DNA of 64,000 nucleotides from Albugo candida (Eukaryota): NCBI GenBank assembly GCA_040437565.1, contig JBDOQK010000061.1, positions 62,001 to 126,000 of the forward strand, read 5' to 3'. Shown piece by piece: positions 24,229 to 37,302 of this stretch (position 1 is its first letter; each line of letters starts with the position of its first letter). The notes under the pieces were generated by a model. It saw only the letters and a program-made list of their open reading frames with translations, ran no database searches and was not told where the DNA came from. The position numbers and the translations under genes were made by a program.

Positions 24229-26655
24229 ATGACAGATTCAGCATTACCAAAAGGATGGACAATTTGTGTGTCTCGGTCCAAGCGAAAGATATATTACTAT
24301 CATCAGGAAACTAACACAGTGCAATGGAGTCGTCCTGGTGACGAAGAAAACTGCAAAAATGACAAAATCGTCAAAAAAACATCAAACAAACGCCAGCGGC
24401 CCAATTCCGATTCGCAGTCGATCGAGTTGCTCATTCGAACTTCACTGAAAGCAGGTTTAAGTGAAATACAAAACGTTTTTATTCCATGGAACCATCAAAT
24501 CTCTGCAATTAATGCGATTATGAAGCATTTACAAAGCGAAAACACAAACAATCGCTTCCTCATACAACACAGCACCGGATCGGGTAAGACAGCAACGATG
24601 TCTGGATTGGTAAGGATTTGAGTAAAGCGGATGAAGAGATGATACACTGACATAATTATTTATGAGTAGGCACATCTGCTGCTTCTGATTGCCGACAAAC
24701 AAGGAGAACGATTTCATACGGTGTTCCTCATCACCGATCGGATTGCACTCGATACTCAGAATCGACTCGCGCTGACAAAATATTTGATGCGGAATGGATT
24801 CTTTGATGTTTTCTATGCCGATAATTCTGACTCACTTGGCCAGTTAATGCAAAAAATGGAGCAGTCAGAGTCGGCTGAAATGCGTCAACGTGTTATTATC
24901 AGCACTGTCCATAAGCTTCAGACATTATTTTCCAACAAAGTTAAAATCGCACAGTACTTTCATTTAGCGGAAAAGGTCACAATGAATAAGTTCAGTCGAA
25001 TCGCTTTTATTACTGACGAAGCACATCGAACTCATACTTCAGACACCAGACAATCGTTAGAGAAATTGGTACAAAGTGCGGAAGGAACCGATGCTTCTAT
25101 TATTGTAAGTTACCACATGCAATTAGTATCGTCTTACTCACCCCAGTTGCAGTTTATTGGTTTCTCGTCGACTCCAAATGTGAAGACTCTATCGTTATTC
25201 GGCACAATAGCTTCTGATTCAAGCTCTCATCCATTTCACTGTTATTCAATTGCCCAAGCGATCAAGGATCAGATCATTATGAATATGCTTCAACATTACT
25301 CCTTGTATCAGATCCAGATGAACAATTTCCACTCACGAGCGGATCCAAGCTTGGAGTCTGTCCATCGTCAAGCACTCGATCAAGTCAGTGAATCAATTCA
25401 TTTTTCAAAAGTCAAAAGTCTTTTGATTGCCAAAAGCTTTACAGAGGCTCAAGCTCGGTATCCAAAAGCCAAGGTGAGGATTGAATATTAAGGCTACGGG
25501 CCCGTTCTAATGTAGTTTCCCATGCACCAAGGCAATGGTTGTAGCCCGTAGTAGGAAAGATGTCATCACGTATCACCAGCTTTTGCAGCAGTACTCATCA
25601 GTAACGTACGTTCTGCATCGATTCGGTCTCGCAACGTTCTCATTTTTTGTGCTTGAACGATTAGGAAGTGCAATTGGCGAATCTATGCAGCATTCAGTGG
25701 GACATTCGAATTGAATTCTGAATCAATTTTTGTGACCGAAAAAAGTATTAATGGACCGGAAACGCTCGACACAGCGAGCGTGATTATCGTTTGTGATAAA
25801 TTGGAAACTGGGTACAATAATCCAAATCTGACGTCTCTGTTCCTCGATCGTCCAATACGGAATAGTGCACGAATGGTGCAGGTCATCTCGCGAATCAATC
25901 GCAAGGCTCAAGGTACATTCTCATTCACCCATTTGCTCGGGCACTCTCATTTCTTTTCGATAGGCAAACAAAGTGTCAATATCATCGACTTTTCCAATCA
26001 TCCCGCACGAATTCGCTTGGCATTTGCTCACTATTGGACATCATTTTCTATTGAGAACACCTCACACACACTAAAGCTTCAATTAAAGAGTGCTGTATGT
26101 GTCGTGGCGGACCTCCTTCCTGATTTACTGCTCTCAAAAGAAGACCACATGGAACACATTTTGGGGAAAATTCTGAAGCTTGAACGCGATCCATTCCATC
26201 AAATACGTAACGCAATGGACGAAATCGTAACCTCTTATGTCCAATTGAAATCGCAAGAAGATTCGATTATGTCGCTATGGCTATCGGAAGCTGATTTCTG
26301 CAGAATGGAAAAGCTGCATGCGCTTTTGGAAGGGTTTTTGAGGGAAAACAGTGCTAAAGAATGCAACAAATATGAAATGAATGAAGAATGCAGCTCTAAA
26401 ATTGACGGTATTGTCAATGTATTCTCTGGCGCTATTTATCCCGAGTCATTGCTCGCTCTTGCGCGAATAAAAGATGTCAATGATTTGATTCGTTTTGGTG
26501 AGAACGCATTGCAACGATGGGATAGAATGGAAGCTATTGACTTTATAGTTGTTGCACGCTCTTTGGTCGGAAATGGAACGGGTGATGTGAATACAAAAAC
26601 GAAGCTTTTGGATCTTTTGAATTCGTTGCGCGTGAAACATCAATCCTCTTTTTAG
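24229..26655 (+). CDS. WW domain fused to a type I restriction enzyme R subunit (HsdR)-like SF2 DEAH translocase, about 716 aa, 6 exons
   Basis: Exons 24229-24609, 24670-25104, 25153-25473, 25532-25605, 25665-25912 and 25964-26655 splice in frame via GT-AG introns. WW: LPKGW...IYYYHQETNTVQWSRP. HsdR motifs: WNHQ, FLIQHSTGSGKT, ITDRIALDTQ, DEAHR, FSSTP..KTLSLFG, PFHCYSIAQAI, AKAMVVARSR, AAFSG, DKLETGYNNP, VQVISRINR, IIDFSN. Confidence 0.85.
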
Positions 26656-26764
26656 TGTGTTTACACAACTCAGGAATTGGGTATACGTAATATATTCTAA
26701 TTATAGTACTATACGTGTAAATTTGTAACGGAATCGCATTGAAAAAAAGATTCAAAGCGAAAAA

Positions 26765-28463
26765 ATGTCCGCGTTCCAAAAAGTATTTGATTGTATAGCT
26801 CTTCTGACTGTTTTCCTGATTCTATCAGGTAGTGCGACGAAAGGGGATGAAAGCGCACGTGTACTTGTTTTCTCTAATAGAAAAGTATATTTCCACGCGA
26901 CAGAATCAAATTCGAGACAGGAAATGTCCACATTTGACCTGTATAAGATCATACAGGAATCGATAGGATTTGGAGGGTATACAACATACACTGGACAGAA
27001 TGAGATTGAAGTGAATGCTCCTATTATTGCCGATGTCTTTGAGAACGCAAAGATCCAAGGATTGATACACATTGAAGGCGATTTATCAGATATATTGGGT
27101 CGCGTCCAGTCGGTATTAAGTCAACAGAATTTGGACGTGTTTTGTGAAACTTACGCACTTAAAAACACAGAGTACAATCGACGCATTAATGAAGAACTGA
27201 TCAAAGGCGCAAGTCATCAAGACGGCTTTTATTGTTCTGAAGACGGAAATGTACAAATCTGTGACGAAAGTGGGACCGAAATGGCGATTGGAAACGAAAG
27301 AGTGCGCAATAAAAGAAGTGAAGTACGCAATGTATACGGGGAAGACTGGGGTCAGGAGGATCAGCTTGCCAAAGAACTCGTCCAGATCGAAGATATTGTC
27401 AGTCTTCCCACAATGAAGAGACTCTTCTTCATGCAGATCTCAGGTCTCAAGTCACTGAATCCAGAAGTAAGAGAATCTGCTTCTCAAATCATAGTGGAAG
27501 CTCTTGCAGCCATTCTGGTCAAATTCGCGCAAGAAAGCAATGTCATCAACATCTATATCACAACGGGACAAGTGGAAGTATCTCATCAAAAGGGAGAACG
27601 CATGGCTTTTGCTCGACGTAATTTGCTCACATTCGATGACCTCGCCGGTAGCAGTTCCGGTAACGCTTCCTCGCATCAAAATCAAACCACAAGCGAAATC
27701 ACACTCGAAGAAATTGCTAATTTCCAGATTGTGCTTTGGACGGCTATTATTTTGGCATTTATCTTATTCGGAATCATTGGTGCCATGCTCAATCTTAGCA
27801 CATCGCGTGACAGCCTTCTCCACGTCAAATTCGTTGCCAATGCGNNNNNNNNNNNNNNNNNNNNNNNNNNNNNNNNNNNNNNNNNNNNNNNNNNNNNNNN
27901 NNNNNNNNNNNNNNNNNNNNNNNNNNNNNNNNNNNNNNNNNNNNTGGGGTCAGGAGGATCAGCTTGCCAAAGAACTCGTCCAGATCGAAGATATTGTCAG
28001 TCTTCCCACAATGAAGAGACTCTTCTTCATGCAGATCTCAGGTCTCAAGTCACTGAATCCAGAAGTAAGAGAATCTGCTTCTCAAATCATAGTGGAAGCT
28101 CTTGCAGCCATTCTGGTCAAATTCGCGCAAGAAAGCAATGTCATCAACATCTATATCACAACGGGACAAGTGGAAGTATCTCATCAAAAGGGAGAACGCA
28201 TGGCTTTTGCTCGACGTAATTTGCTCACATTCGATGACCTCGCCGGTAGCAGTTCCGGTAACGCTTCCTCGCATCAAAATCAAACCACAAGCGAAATCAC
28301 ACTCGAAGAAATTGCTAATTTCCAGATTGTGCTTTGGACGGCTATTATTTTGGCATTTATCTTATTCGGAATCATTGGTGCCATGCTCAATCTTAGCACA
28401 TCGCGTGACAGCCTTCTCCACGTCAAATTCGTTGCCAATGCGAGCCACCGCAAAACAGACTGA
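26765..28463 (+). CDS. ATP6AP2/(pro)renin-receptor-like type I membrane protein (3' part duplicated across the gap)
   Basis: N-terminal signal peptide. C-terminal FQIVLWTAIILAFIL...MLNLSTSRDSLLH matches the renin-receptor-like TM and tail. 27347-27844 is repeated at 27945-28442. Confidence 0.7.
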
Positions 28464-28649
28464 GAATAAGAGTGCTTGTATGTGTGGCAAAAATATCAAG
28501 AACCTGATTCGCTTAAAGTCTTTATTTTGCCGGATAGCAGACTGTCATTCAGCTTTGTTATATCCAATCTCATAACGATATGCACGCTATTTATACCCAA
28601 TCAGAACGACCTTGAAGTACAAGTGCAAATAACATTTTGTGGAGCAAAA

Positions 28650-30887
28650 ATGGGTGTCGCGGGTCTTTTGCCTCTGTTGAGAAGCGTCATTGATCACGTG
28701 AATATTTCCAAATACACCGGAAAAACGATCGGAATTGACGCGTGTGGGTGGATATACAGAGGCGCTTATGCGTGCGCAGAGCAACTGATAGCAGCGGAAG
28801 AAACAGACATGTACGAGCTATACTTGAAGTATACGTGCCATGTTGTGATGAGGATATACAGATACTTGAACTTCAGTATACAGCAAATCAGTCTCTTACA
28901 TAAACATCAGATTACACCCATTTTCGTATTTGATGGCGCTCCGGTTCNNNNNNNNNNNNNNNNNNNNNNNNNNNNNNNNNNNNNNNNNNNNNNNNNNNNN
29001 NNNNNNNNNNNNNNNNNNNNNNNNNNNNNNNNNNNNNNNNNNNNNNNAGCAAATCAGTCTCTTACATAAACATCAGATTACACCCATTTTCGTATTTGAT
29101 GGCGCTCCGGTTCCTGCAAAAGCTGACACGCAAGCGATGCGAAATAGGTGCTGTTTGCAATTGATATGAATCGCGAGGGGATGTATGACGAATCAGTGTG
29201 GTTAGAACGAGAAATATGTGGAAAGAGAGAGCGCTAACTAGCAGAAAATCGAATGAATTGGATGAGAAAACAAAGCGGTCGTTCACACAGGCTGTCTCCG
29301 TCACAAATGAAATGAAACTCCGACTTATTAATGTTCTTCGCGAAATGAATGTTCAGTATATTGTGGCGCCGTATGAAGCAGATGCACAATTGGCATTTCT
29401 CTCTCGGATGAAAATTGTGGATGCAGTGATATCGGAAGATTCGGATTGTATTCCGTATGGATGTCGTACGGTATGTTGTCGGGTCGAATTGGATGAAAAG
29501 CCTTATAATATCTTTAGATACTATTCAAATGGAGCGGTGATGGATGGGCAAGTGAGCTGAAAAAGAGATTCTTAGGAGCAAATGAGGATTTATGCTTTGT
29601 GAAATGGACCGAAGAAATGGTACGTTTTTGTAGGAAGGATTTTGTGGTTTTCGACTAATAGCTGTGGTGTAGTTTGTTGTATTTTGTGCGCTTTGCGGAT
29701 GCGATTATTGTCCAAGTCTTCCGGGAATTGGAGCCATAACAGCTTACAAGTATGTCAACACCTTTATCACGGCTCCAGATGTACGTGATGCACTATCTGT
29801 TGGCTAAAACTGATGCCTTTCGTCTCTTTTAGATTCTTCAGGAGCTCAAGCGATCGGAAAAGAATCAGTTGCCACCAGACTACGACCAAAAACTGTATGC
29901 GGCTATCATCACGTATCGTCATCACTTAGTTTTTGATCCGAGGCAACAAGTAAGTCCTTCGAAAAACGTGTCAGCCAAATCGATTGTATTGCTTTTTTTG
30001 TGTAGAAGCTGCGCTTATTGAATGCACTCGATCAGTCCAGTGATATTGTCGCATTATTAGGCTCTGATCTTCGCTTTCTCGGTGATGTGGCAATGCGTCA
30101 TGAGGTTGCTGCATCCATTGCAAGTGCAATTATTCATCCGATTACGCACGAAACGTACTCATGGATTGATGCATCACGACAAGAAGAGGAAGCTACAAAT
30201 TGCGGAGCAGAGGTATCCAATCAATCCTATTCAACACATTCAGCGGAAGGGAGTGTTGGCGGTGTCACAACCGAATCAGAGAACGAAGCTCCTCCGGCAC
30301 GGGAGAACACCCCACTACAACGCTCGTATCAGTCAGAATTGACGCCACAATCGCCGTTGAAACAGAAAAGTGAGACCAAATTCCAACCTGTCCTTGATTC
30401 ACTTCTCGGATCATCTGCCCATATTTTGGATTTCAGGAGTCCGAAAGTGAGCGATCACTTTCATTCATTGGTGTCCAATAGCTCCATTTCGCAACAGTAT
30501 CGATCGGATGCACAAGTGGATATCAAACAGTACGAAAGCAAATCAATTCGAACGCTAAGTAAAAGCTCTTGCACTCTGATAAAGAAAACAGAACACGGAT
30601 CGAAAAGCGGTTTTGAGGGTGAGATACTCTGTCGAATCGATTTGAAGAGGAAAATGCAGTTGTCGGCAACGGATCGAACGATAGATTTGAAAGCGAAACG
30701 ACTTTGTGCGCGTGAAAATTCACCAATTCCCAAACAAAATCGAATTCAGAACACATTCAAAGAGGAAGAGCGCATTGACACGGAGACAGACTGTATCGTT
30801 GAATGGGAAGACTTCCAAGCTCCACCCAAAGCGATTTGTGTCGAAGAGAAATGGGATCGCATTCTTTGCGTCGATGAAGAAAACTGA
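28650..30887 (+). CDS. EXO1: Exonuclease 1 (XPG/Rad2 family), multi-exon
   Basis: MGVAGLLPLL, GIDACGWIYRG, FVFDG, APYEADAQLAFL, ISEDSD and CGCDYCPSLPGIG (H3TH motif), followed by a disordered C-terminus. Confidence 0.9.
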
Positions 30888-30971
30888 TTGTTTGATGCGG
30901 ATTCGGTTTCTTCATCTCAATTGTTGCGAATGGAATAAACTTTTTCAATCAAATTACTGGTTTCTACGCAC

Positions 30972-32335
30972 TCATCCGATGGAAGGAGAAGCTGGCGGAG
31001 GTCGATGTGATAATCGACCACGAATAAATCCTCCAAATCCTTTCTGCTTTGCCTGTTCCTTTTCTTTCTCAAGCTGATACAATCGAGCGCCATATTTACT
31101 CGGCAAATCGCGCAACACACCATCTTCGTCACGAAACTCGGCCAAGACTTGACGGAAATCCTTTACGCGTTCTGAAGCCAGCGCTTTGAGAAATGGAATC
31201 AAGTCTTTCAGCTCATGATCGTCTCGGTCTCGTGCATTGGCAAACGGCTTGATTGGAACTGCATTCTCCGGCTGAAGCTGATACGCTGCTGGATCATCGT
31301 CGAGTAAGACGACTTGCTTCAAGTCTCGATTGAGCTTGGATAGATCCTACGGCACATCACGTCACCAATATTTTCCAGACGAAATCGACGCTCTTCTCAC
31401 CTTGACACGAGATCCATTCAAGTATCGAGTCGCGTCACGGGAGAGAACATGAAGAACGCATTGCTACATCGCATTATATGAAAACCAGCTTCGAAATCAA
31501 AGCAGCGATACCTTTGGATCCAACTTCATGACAATTTCTTCGGCCATATAATTCTCAGAAAATATGACAATTTCGTAAAACTGGAAATACGAACGTATCA
31601 GAGACAATCGATAAATGGGATCCATTCAGCAAACCTGACACAATGTCTCGAGGAATTCATCGACTCCCGGTCGTTTCGCATGACGCCATCCATGTTTGCG
31701 CTACATTCTATCGGTTAAAAGACTAGGAAAAGAATCCGCACTCAACGTACGCTCCACTCTGAATGAACAAGTGTGTCTTCCAAATCCAAGACGAGCACAG
31801 GCACTGGCGGTGTATTTGGTGGAACTTGAGGTATAGGCCAATCCTACATGACACAGATGGAATGAGCACCGAATATCACTTCTAAAGCCTGGCGTACGGG
31901 AAGAAGCTTGGAACGGGAAGGGTCTGTGATCGGTCGAATCCAATCGGCGATTTTGTCGGCGGAATAGCGATACAATTCCCCGAGCGGCGTCTGATTCAAT
32001 TGGTGTCTCACTTTGGTCTTTACGTCGTCGTCCAGCACGTAAAACCACACAATGGAGCCAGAGATACTTCCGACGATGAGCCCAAGTGATATTTTTGATG
32101 GCAGAGACGTTGTACGGACAGTTTGGCCGCCGATATTGGCTTTAGCATTTCCGGCTTCGTTTCGGCTTTGAGCGCAGTTTTGACGACGCAATTGACGTGG
32201 AATTACGACAAGAGGGATGTCGCGATCGATTGCTCGGTGAATTTCCTTTCCATTCTCATTGGAATTCGTAAAACGACGAGCATTTCTCAGAAAGCGAACT
32301 GCTTCATATCGCCGGCGAACGAATTGGTGCAACAT
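30972..32335 (-). CDS. TIM50: Mitochondrial import inner membrane translocase TIM50
   Basis: Presequence, one TM helix, then an FCP1/NIF-like domain: LDLEDTLVHSEW, GWRHAKRPGVDEFL, KDLSKLNRDL, LQPENAVPIKPF. Confidence 0.88.
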
Positions 32336-32744
32336 TCAGCTCTGCGAATTTGGTGACCAATCGGTTGCTTGCATGTGACACGAAGGTGAAAAAGACTCTA
32401 GATTTGGAGTGAATCGCGAAGAAGNNNNNNNNNNNNNNNNNNNNNNNNNNNNNNNNNNNNNNNNNNNNNNNNNNNNNNNNNNNNNNNNNNNNNNNNNNNN
32501 NNNNNNNNNNNNNNNNNNNNNNNNGCTTGCATGTGACACGAAGGTGAAAAAGACTCTAGATTTGGAGTGAATCGCGAAGAAGAGTATGGTGTTGATGTCC
32601 ACATTGCACAATTGTGACTCGTATTGGTATTAGTGATGCGGTACGCTTTATAGGAAGCATACAGCTGTGGTTTTAATGCAACGCAGAACGCTACAGTGGC
32701 CAAATTTTCAGCCATTTGCATGTGGGAGGTTGGGACGCATTCTA

Positions 32745-35357
32745 CTAGGAGAAGAAACGTAGTTCGGAAACGATATCTTGGGCTATGACTTGGTCTAAAT
32801 GTCTGCTGGCTTCACACAAGAAAGGATGAACGAGCGCTTGATGCGGTTTGGCGCGTTTTTCTGGATCCTTTTCCATCATCCATTCTATCTACAGCAATGT
32901 CAGATGCAACACGCGATACTCGCTAGCATGGAAACCGTACCAAATTCTTTGCATCCTTCGACACATTGACCCATTCAGGCTCATCGAAATCATATCGCAC
33001 GGATTTATTGGCAAGAATGAGCTCTTCATCAGTGACTCCGAAAAACGGCTCATAGCCACAAAGCATCGTATACATGACGACACCAGCGGAAAACATATCA
33101 ACGTGACAAGAGTATGGATCGCCTTTACCAGCCATAAGAATTTCTGGGGCCACAAAGCCAGGTGTGCCGCATCTACCCACACACTCGTGTCAGAATTAGA
33201 GCAGTAGTACCAAGATACAGCGTCAACAACCTCCCTGTCAATTTTCCATCACATTTGATCATAGCTGCCATTCCAAAGTCTGCCAGTTTAAGGATTGGAA
33301 GGCTGGAAAACACGCTGTCAGAATCGAATGATTTTACATGACACGACTTACACTTGGCCATCACGTGTTCTGCAATGATCAAATGCCAAATTGGACAGCT
33401 TGATATCTCGATGAGCGACCTTATTCTGCCGACAAAATTCTATTCCTTTGACCAAGCTTGCCATCAGATAGGAAGCTCGTCCCTCATCAATCGTCGTATT
33501 AGCAACAATCTCGTCATGCAGATCACCTCCAGACATCAACTCGAGCTCCAATATCAGTTCATTTCTAGTTTCAAATAAGGATTGCAATCGAATCACTGGA
33601 GAGAATTTGGCATCGGCTCGGGCTGTCAACACTGTCTGCGTCAAGATTTCTCGTGCCATTGTATCGGGTCGCTCGACATTGGCCAAGACAAGCTCCCAGA
33701 ATCTGATTTTATCGATGATTTTCAACGCACATTCTTGACCAATTGGCTCAGTATCCGTATCTACTTTTCTTCGAGATTTGCATACGGTTGAAAAACGACC
33801 TCGACCAAGCTCTTCCGTATGACCAAAGTCGTCCTGAGACGTATCTGTTTGAAAAAGATCGACGGCAGTCAAATGACACGCTTTATCGAGTGCGACTTTC
33901 CAGTTTTCTGCTTCAATTTCGTCGAGAAATTCAATGTATGCTTTTGCTTCAACAGCCGACTGAGAAGATGAAAACTGGAAGAATACAATTTCCACCAAGC
34001 GTGTGTCCATGTCACTCACTTGGACACTCGCCTCACACAAATTCGCAAACGCAATCGGTCGACTTGTTGGATTATCGTCTAAATATTCCCAAAGGATATT
34101 TCTCTGCAGATAAATGCATCGATTCTGCCACTCACATCCTTGGAGTTGTGTCATTCGGACAACAGTTTGCACGACGGATTCCCTCGAATGCAAGCTCATA
34201 TACACATCCTGAGGAAGATTCTGAGCCAAAGATGGGAGAAGCCAATGCTGCGGCATCCAATCTCGATCGCTACTCATACCCTGCAAGATGGGAATCAAGA
34301 CGCAGTTATTTCTTCCATCACTCAATCCAACCAACTTTTCCGCAATTGGCTCCAATGTCATTTGGATCCCGCGATTATGATTCCCTTTTTTGCTGGAAAC
34401 GGGTTTTGTTCGATTCGAGCTGTCGAAATGACCGGCTCCATGAACACTCATTTCGTCGCCCAGGAAAGCATGCGTGCTGTTTGAGCAACCTTCGTTATGG
34501 ATTGTCGTAAAGTATTTACGCAGAGATGTCTCAATGGTTTTTCCAACTGCGTTTGGGTCACTGGTCGATCGGTATGTTCCATCCAACTCGGAGGTTTCTT
34601 CAAGTTGCGCACAATCAATGAGATTGTGATCATCACTCCCACAATTGGCACAACACAAAGACTTGAGTCGTCCACTTTTTGGCAATTGGCTCAGCTCCTT
34701 ATTACCTCCACATGCTTCCCTCGACGTCTGTGCGTGCGTGCCAATGGATCGATCTGTGATATCGTTTACACTTATGTCTCCTTGGAAGGCGCTTGTTTGC
34801 ATGAGTTGTTGAAGAAATGAGCCCATTCGAAGCTCCCAATTGACTCTCTTTACACAGTTTGAGGCTCTATCGACACATCCATTTGGTTGGAGTGAGTGTA
34901 TCTCCTCGCGTGGTGGGTCTAAGGCTTCTCTCAATGGCTCATATCGCATTCCATTGATTTTAATGGCAGTGTGTGTCGCGAGAAATCCTTTTTTATGAAC
35001 GATTTTGAAGCAATGCGCGCAGTAAACGTCGTGACAGCAACCGCTACAGCTGAGAATCGCATCTGCGGATTCACAATATACGCAGATTTTTGCCTCTTTC
35101 TGATTATTCCATTTTTCGTGTGTGTACATTCCGTCGAAATAATTTGTATCGACTGCAAATCGGCAAATTTGTCGCTGCAAAGTGTCTGAATTCAATTTTA
35201 ATTGCGCATCGATTCGCTTTTGGATCGATCCGATGCGCCACGTCGCATTTTCCAGACGCTCTGCTTCGTACAGAAATCGACGCATTGTGAGGAGACATTG
35301 CCAACATTTTCGCACTTGAGAGAAATGCGACGTATTCCCATTGCAATTTTGATTCAT
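32745..35357 (-). CDS. CAMK-group Ser/Thr kinase with N-terminal DUF1752-like motif, B-box zinc finger, CCHC knuckle and PH domain
   Basis: Kinase motifs LGRGRFSTV, ALKII, HRDIKLSN, DFG and CGTPGFVAPE. CVYC...CSGCCHDVYCAHCFKIVH...H (B-box). CANCGSDDHNLIDC. PH-like WQNRCIYL...AENWKVAL. RLENATWR. Confidence 0.85.
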
Positions 35358-35581
35358 AAACAGCATTAATTTAGAGAAATTGACTTGTTTATTGTATACC
35401 GTCTCGATCAAAAGCTCTTTTTTGCTCCAGTGTTAAGGTAGAAATAATACGCAACTAAGTAAGTAAACATCGATATTAGTAATTTGTTTGCATTCTTCTT
35501 CTCCAAAACGATTGGAATAAGACCAACGGTGCGAACAAATGCTGTCTCTATCCGGTGTAACGCTCACATAATACGACAGCA

Positions 35582-37302
35582 ATGCGTCGCGAAAAGCATA
35601 AATTGACTAATAAACAGACACATACGCAGCTAAAAGGATTCGTTTTTGATCCTGAGACAAAAAAATATTATAAAGTTCCTAAAACGCATGAGTCAATTGC
35701 TTGTTTTCGACCAAAAAACAGTGTGCCCATTACATCGCCTGAGCGGCTTTCGCGTCCAAAGAATATATTTGTGGCGTATTTACGACAGCGTGAAATCGAT
35801 GCGGCTATTACTTGTCATTACACAACAAAAACAAGCGTATCATTGCGTTCTTTATCGTTGCTTCCGAGAAGGGATTCAAATAACTCGAAATCCTTACGAG
35901 TGAACCCAAGCATTACCGCCGCTGCTCCTCATCCATTCGATTCCATGATCGTCGTCGCAGGTGAGAGAATCGCAGTTTGGAATGTATGAGATAAATGACT
36001 CGATTACCATCAGATCATTATCCCAGGCTTAATTTTCTCGAATGGAATAAGACAATGGCTCAGAAGAGAAGGTCTATCGATCTACCTGGCACAGGATTGG
36101 TACCCGAATGATAATTTTGACGGGAAGCATACGAATTTACACAATTTAGGTCACTAGTTTGGCCTGGCAAAAAGATACGAGTCCTATGCAGCCGATGCTG
36201 TTGTGTGCTTCTTTAGAGTCTCCTTCAGTGTGTCATGCGGAGGATGTGATGACACAATTCAGAACCGAGAAAAGTGTGCATTTATATCGACAGGAATTGA
36301 ACTCTAATGACGAAGAATACGCTCAGCAAGTACCATACAAAAGTGGCTAAAGGGTAGCTGGTGTACTCAATAAAGCTTGCGTAGAAATCGTGGTTGTTTG
36401 TGGATCCATGGAGTGTTTTATGGTAATCAATTCGCAGGCTGTGGTATTATTCTCATTCCTCTTTCAGGAATCCATGCAATTCCGCACAATTCGTTGTGGG
36501 ATGCAGCAGGTTGGGCTGATTATATACTTTTACAACGCAGACTGATCTTTTTCCTGAACAAGTAAATCGAGAAATGCTGCATTAGTCGATGTGGAAAGTG
36601 AGAAATGGCTTACAGCGCCGAATGGACGTAACCAAAGTGACGTATTTGCTCAAGCGATTTCTCCTTCAAACGTGAGCAACTTTATGATTTATTCAAGCTA
36701 CTCAGCTCTTCAAATAGGACAAAATCATTGTCAACGGCACAAGGAATGGATTACTTTGGATATGGTTGTTTGTCTTGTTTCGAGCACAATTCCCCGCTTA
36801 TGTGACTTATTTTAGGGATGTGAGAGCTTCAAAGAGATCAATGGAAGAGCCGATAGTGCACGCAAAAGGACGCCAAAATAGAAGAGGAGGCACTTCGACT
36901 GTCAAACACATTGTACTCTGTCGAAATATGATACATCTCATTCGACAACACTCCAACGGCGAGCTTTCGATTTTTGACTTGAGAACACATCGGAAATTGA
37001 CTCAGTTGACAAAGCCATCCAAACACGCAATGCCGATGATACGATTTGATATCGTACGTGAAAACAGTCGCATTTGAGATATTTAGTCGAATTTGTAGGA
37101 TTCGACAGAATCGCTGATCGCTTGTGTTGATCCATTGGGAATGAATGTCGTAAAGTTCTACGAGCTGAACTCCGGAAAGCTGTTTAGCACTCTAAAAGCC
37201 TCAAACGCCCATGAGAGCGCAGTTGAACAAGTGCATTTACGGAACGATTCAGAAATTTGGACAGTGAGTAAGGACAATGTCTCATTGCATCCTCTGTTTT
37301 GA
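35582..37302 (+). CDS. DCAF4/WDR21-like WD40 protein (CUL4-DDB1 substrate receptor), multi-exon
   Basis: N-terminal LKGFVFDPETKKYYKV (DCAF4-type GxYxDPxKxxYFK), YLRQREI, QSDVFAQ, GTRNG, WDVR and FDLR. Start codon uncertain. Confidence 0.65.

Noticed and set aside
24040-26655. Bacterial contamination or a complete type I R-M operon
   Set aside because: The gene has five spliceosomal introns and a WW domain, is contiguous with eukaryotic genes, and has no hsdM/hsdS nearby.
33743-34510. Long antisense ORFs (e.g. 33743-34510, 59441-59914, 27504-28463)
   Set aside because: They are shadow or alternative frames of well-supported genes and have no recognisable motifs.
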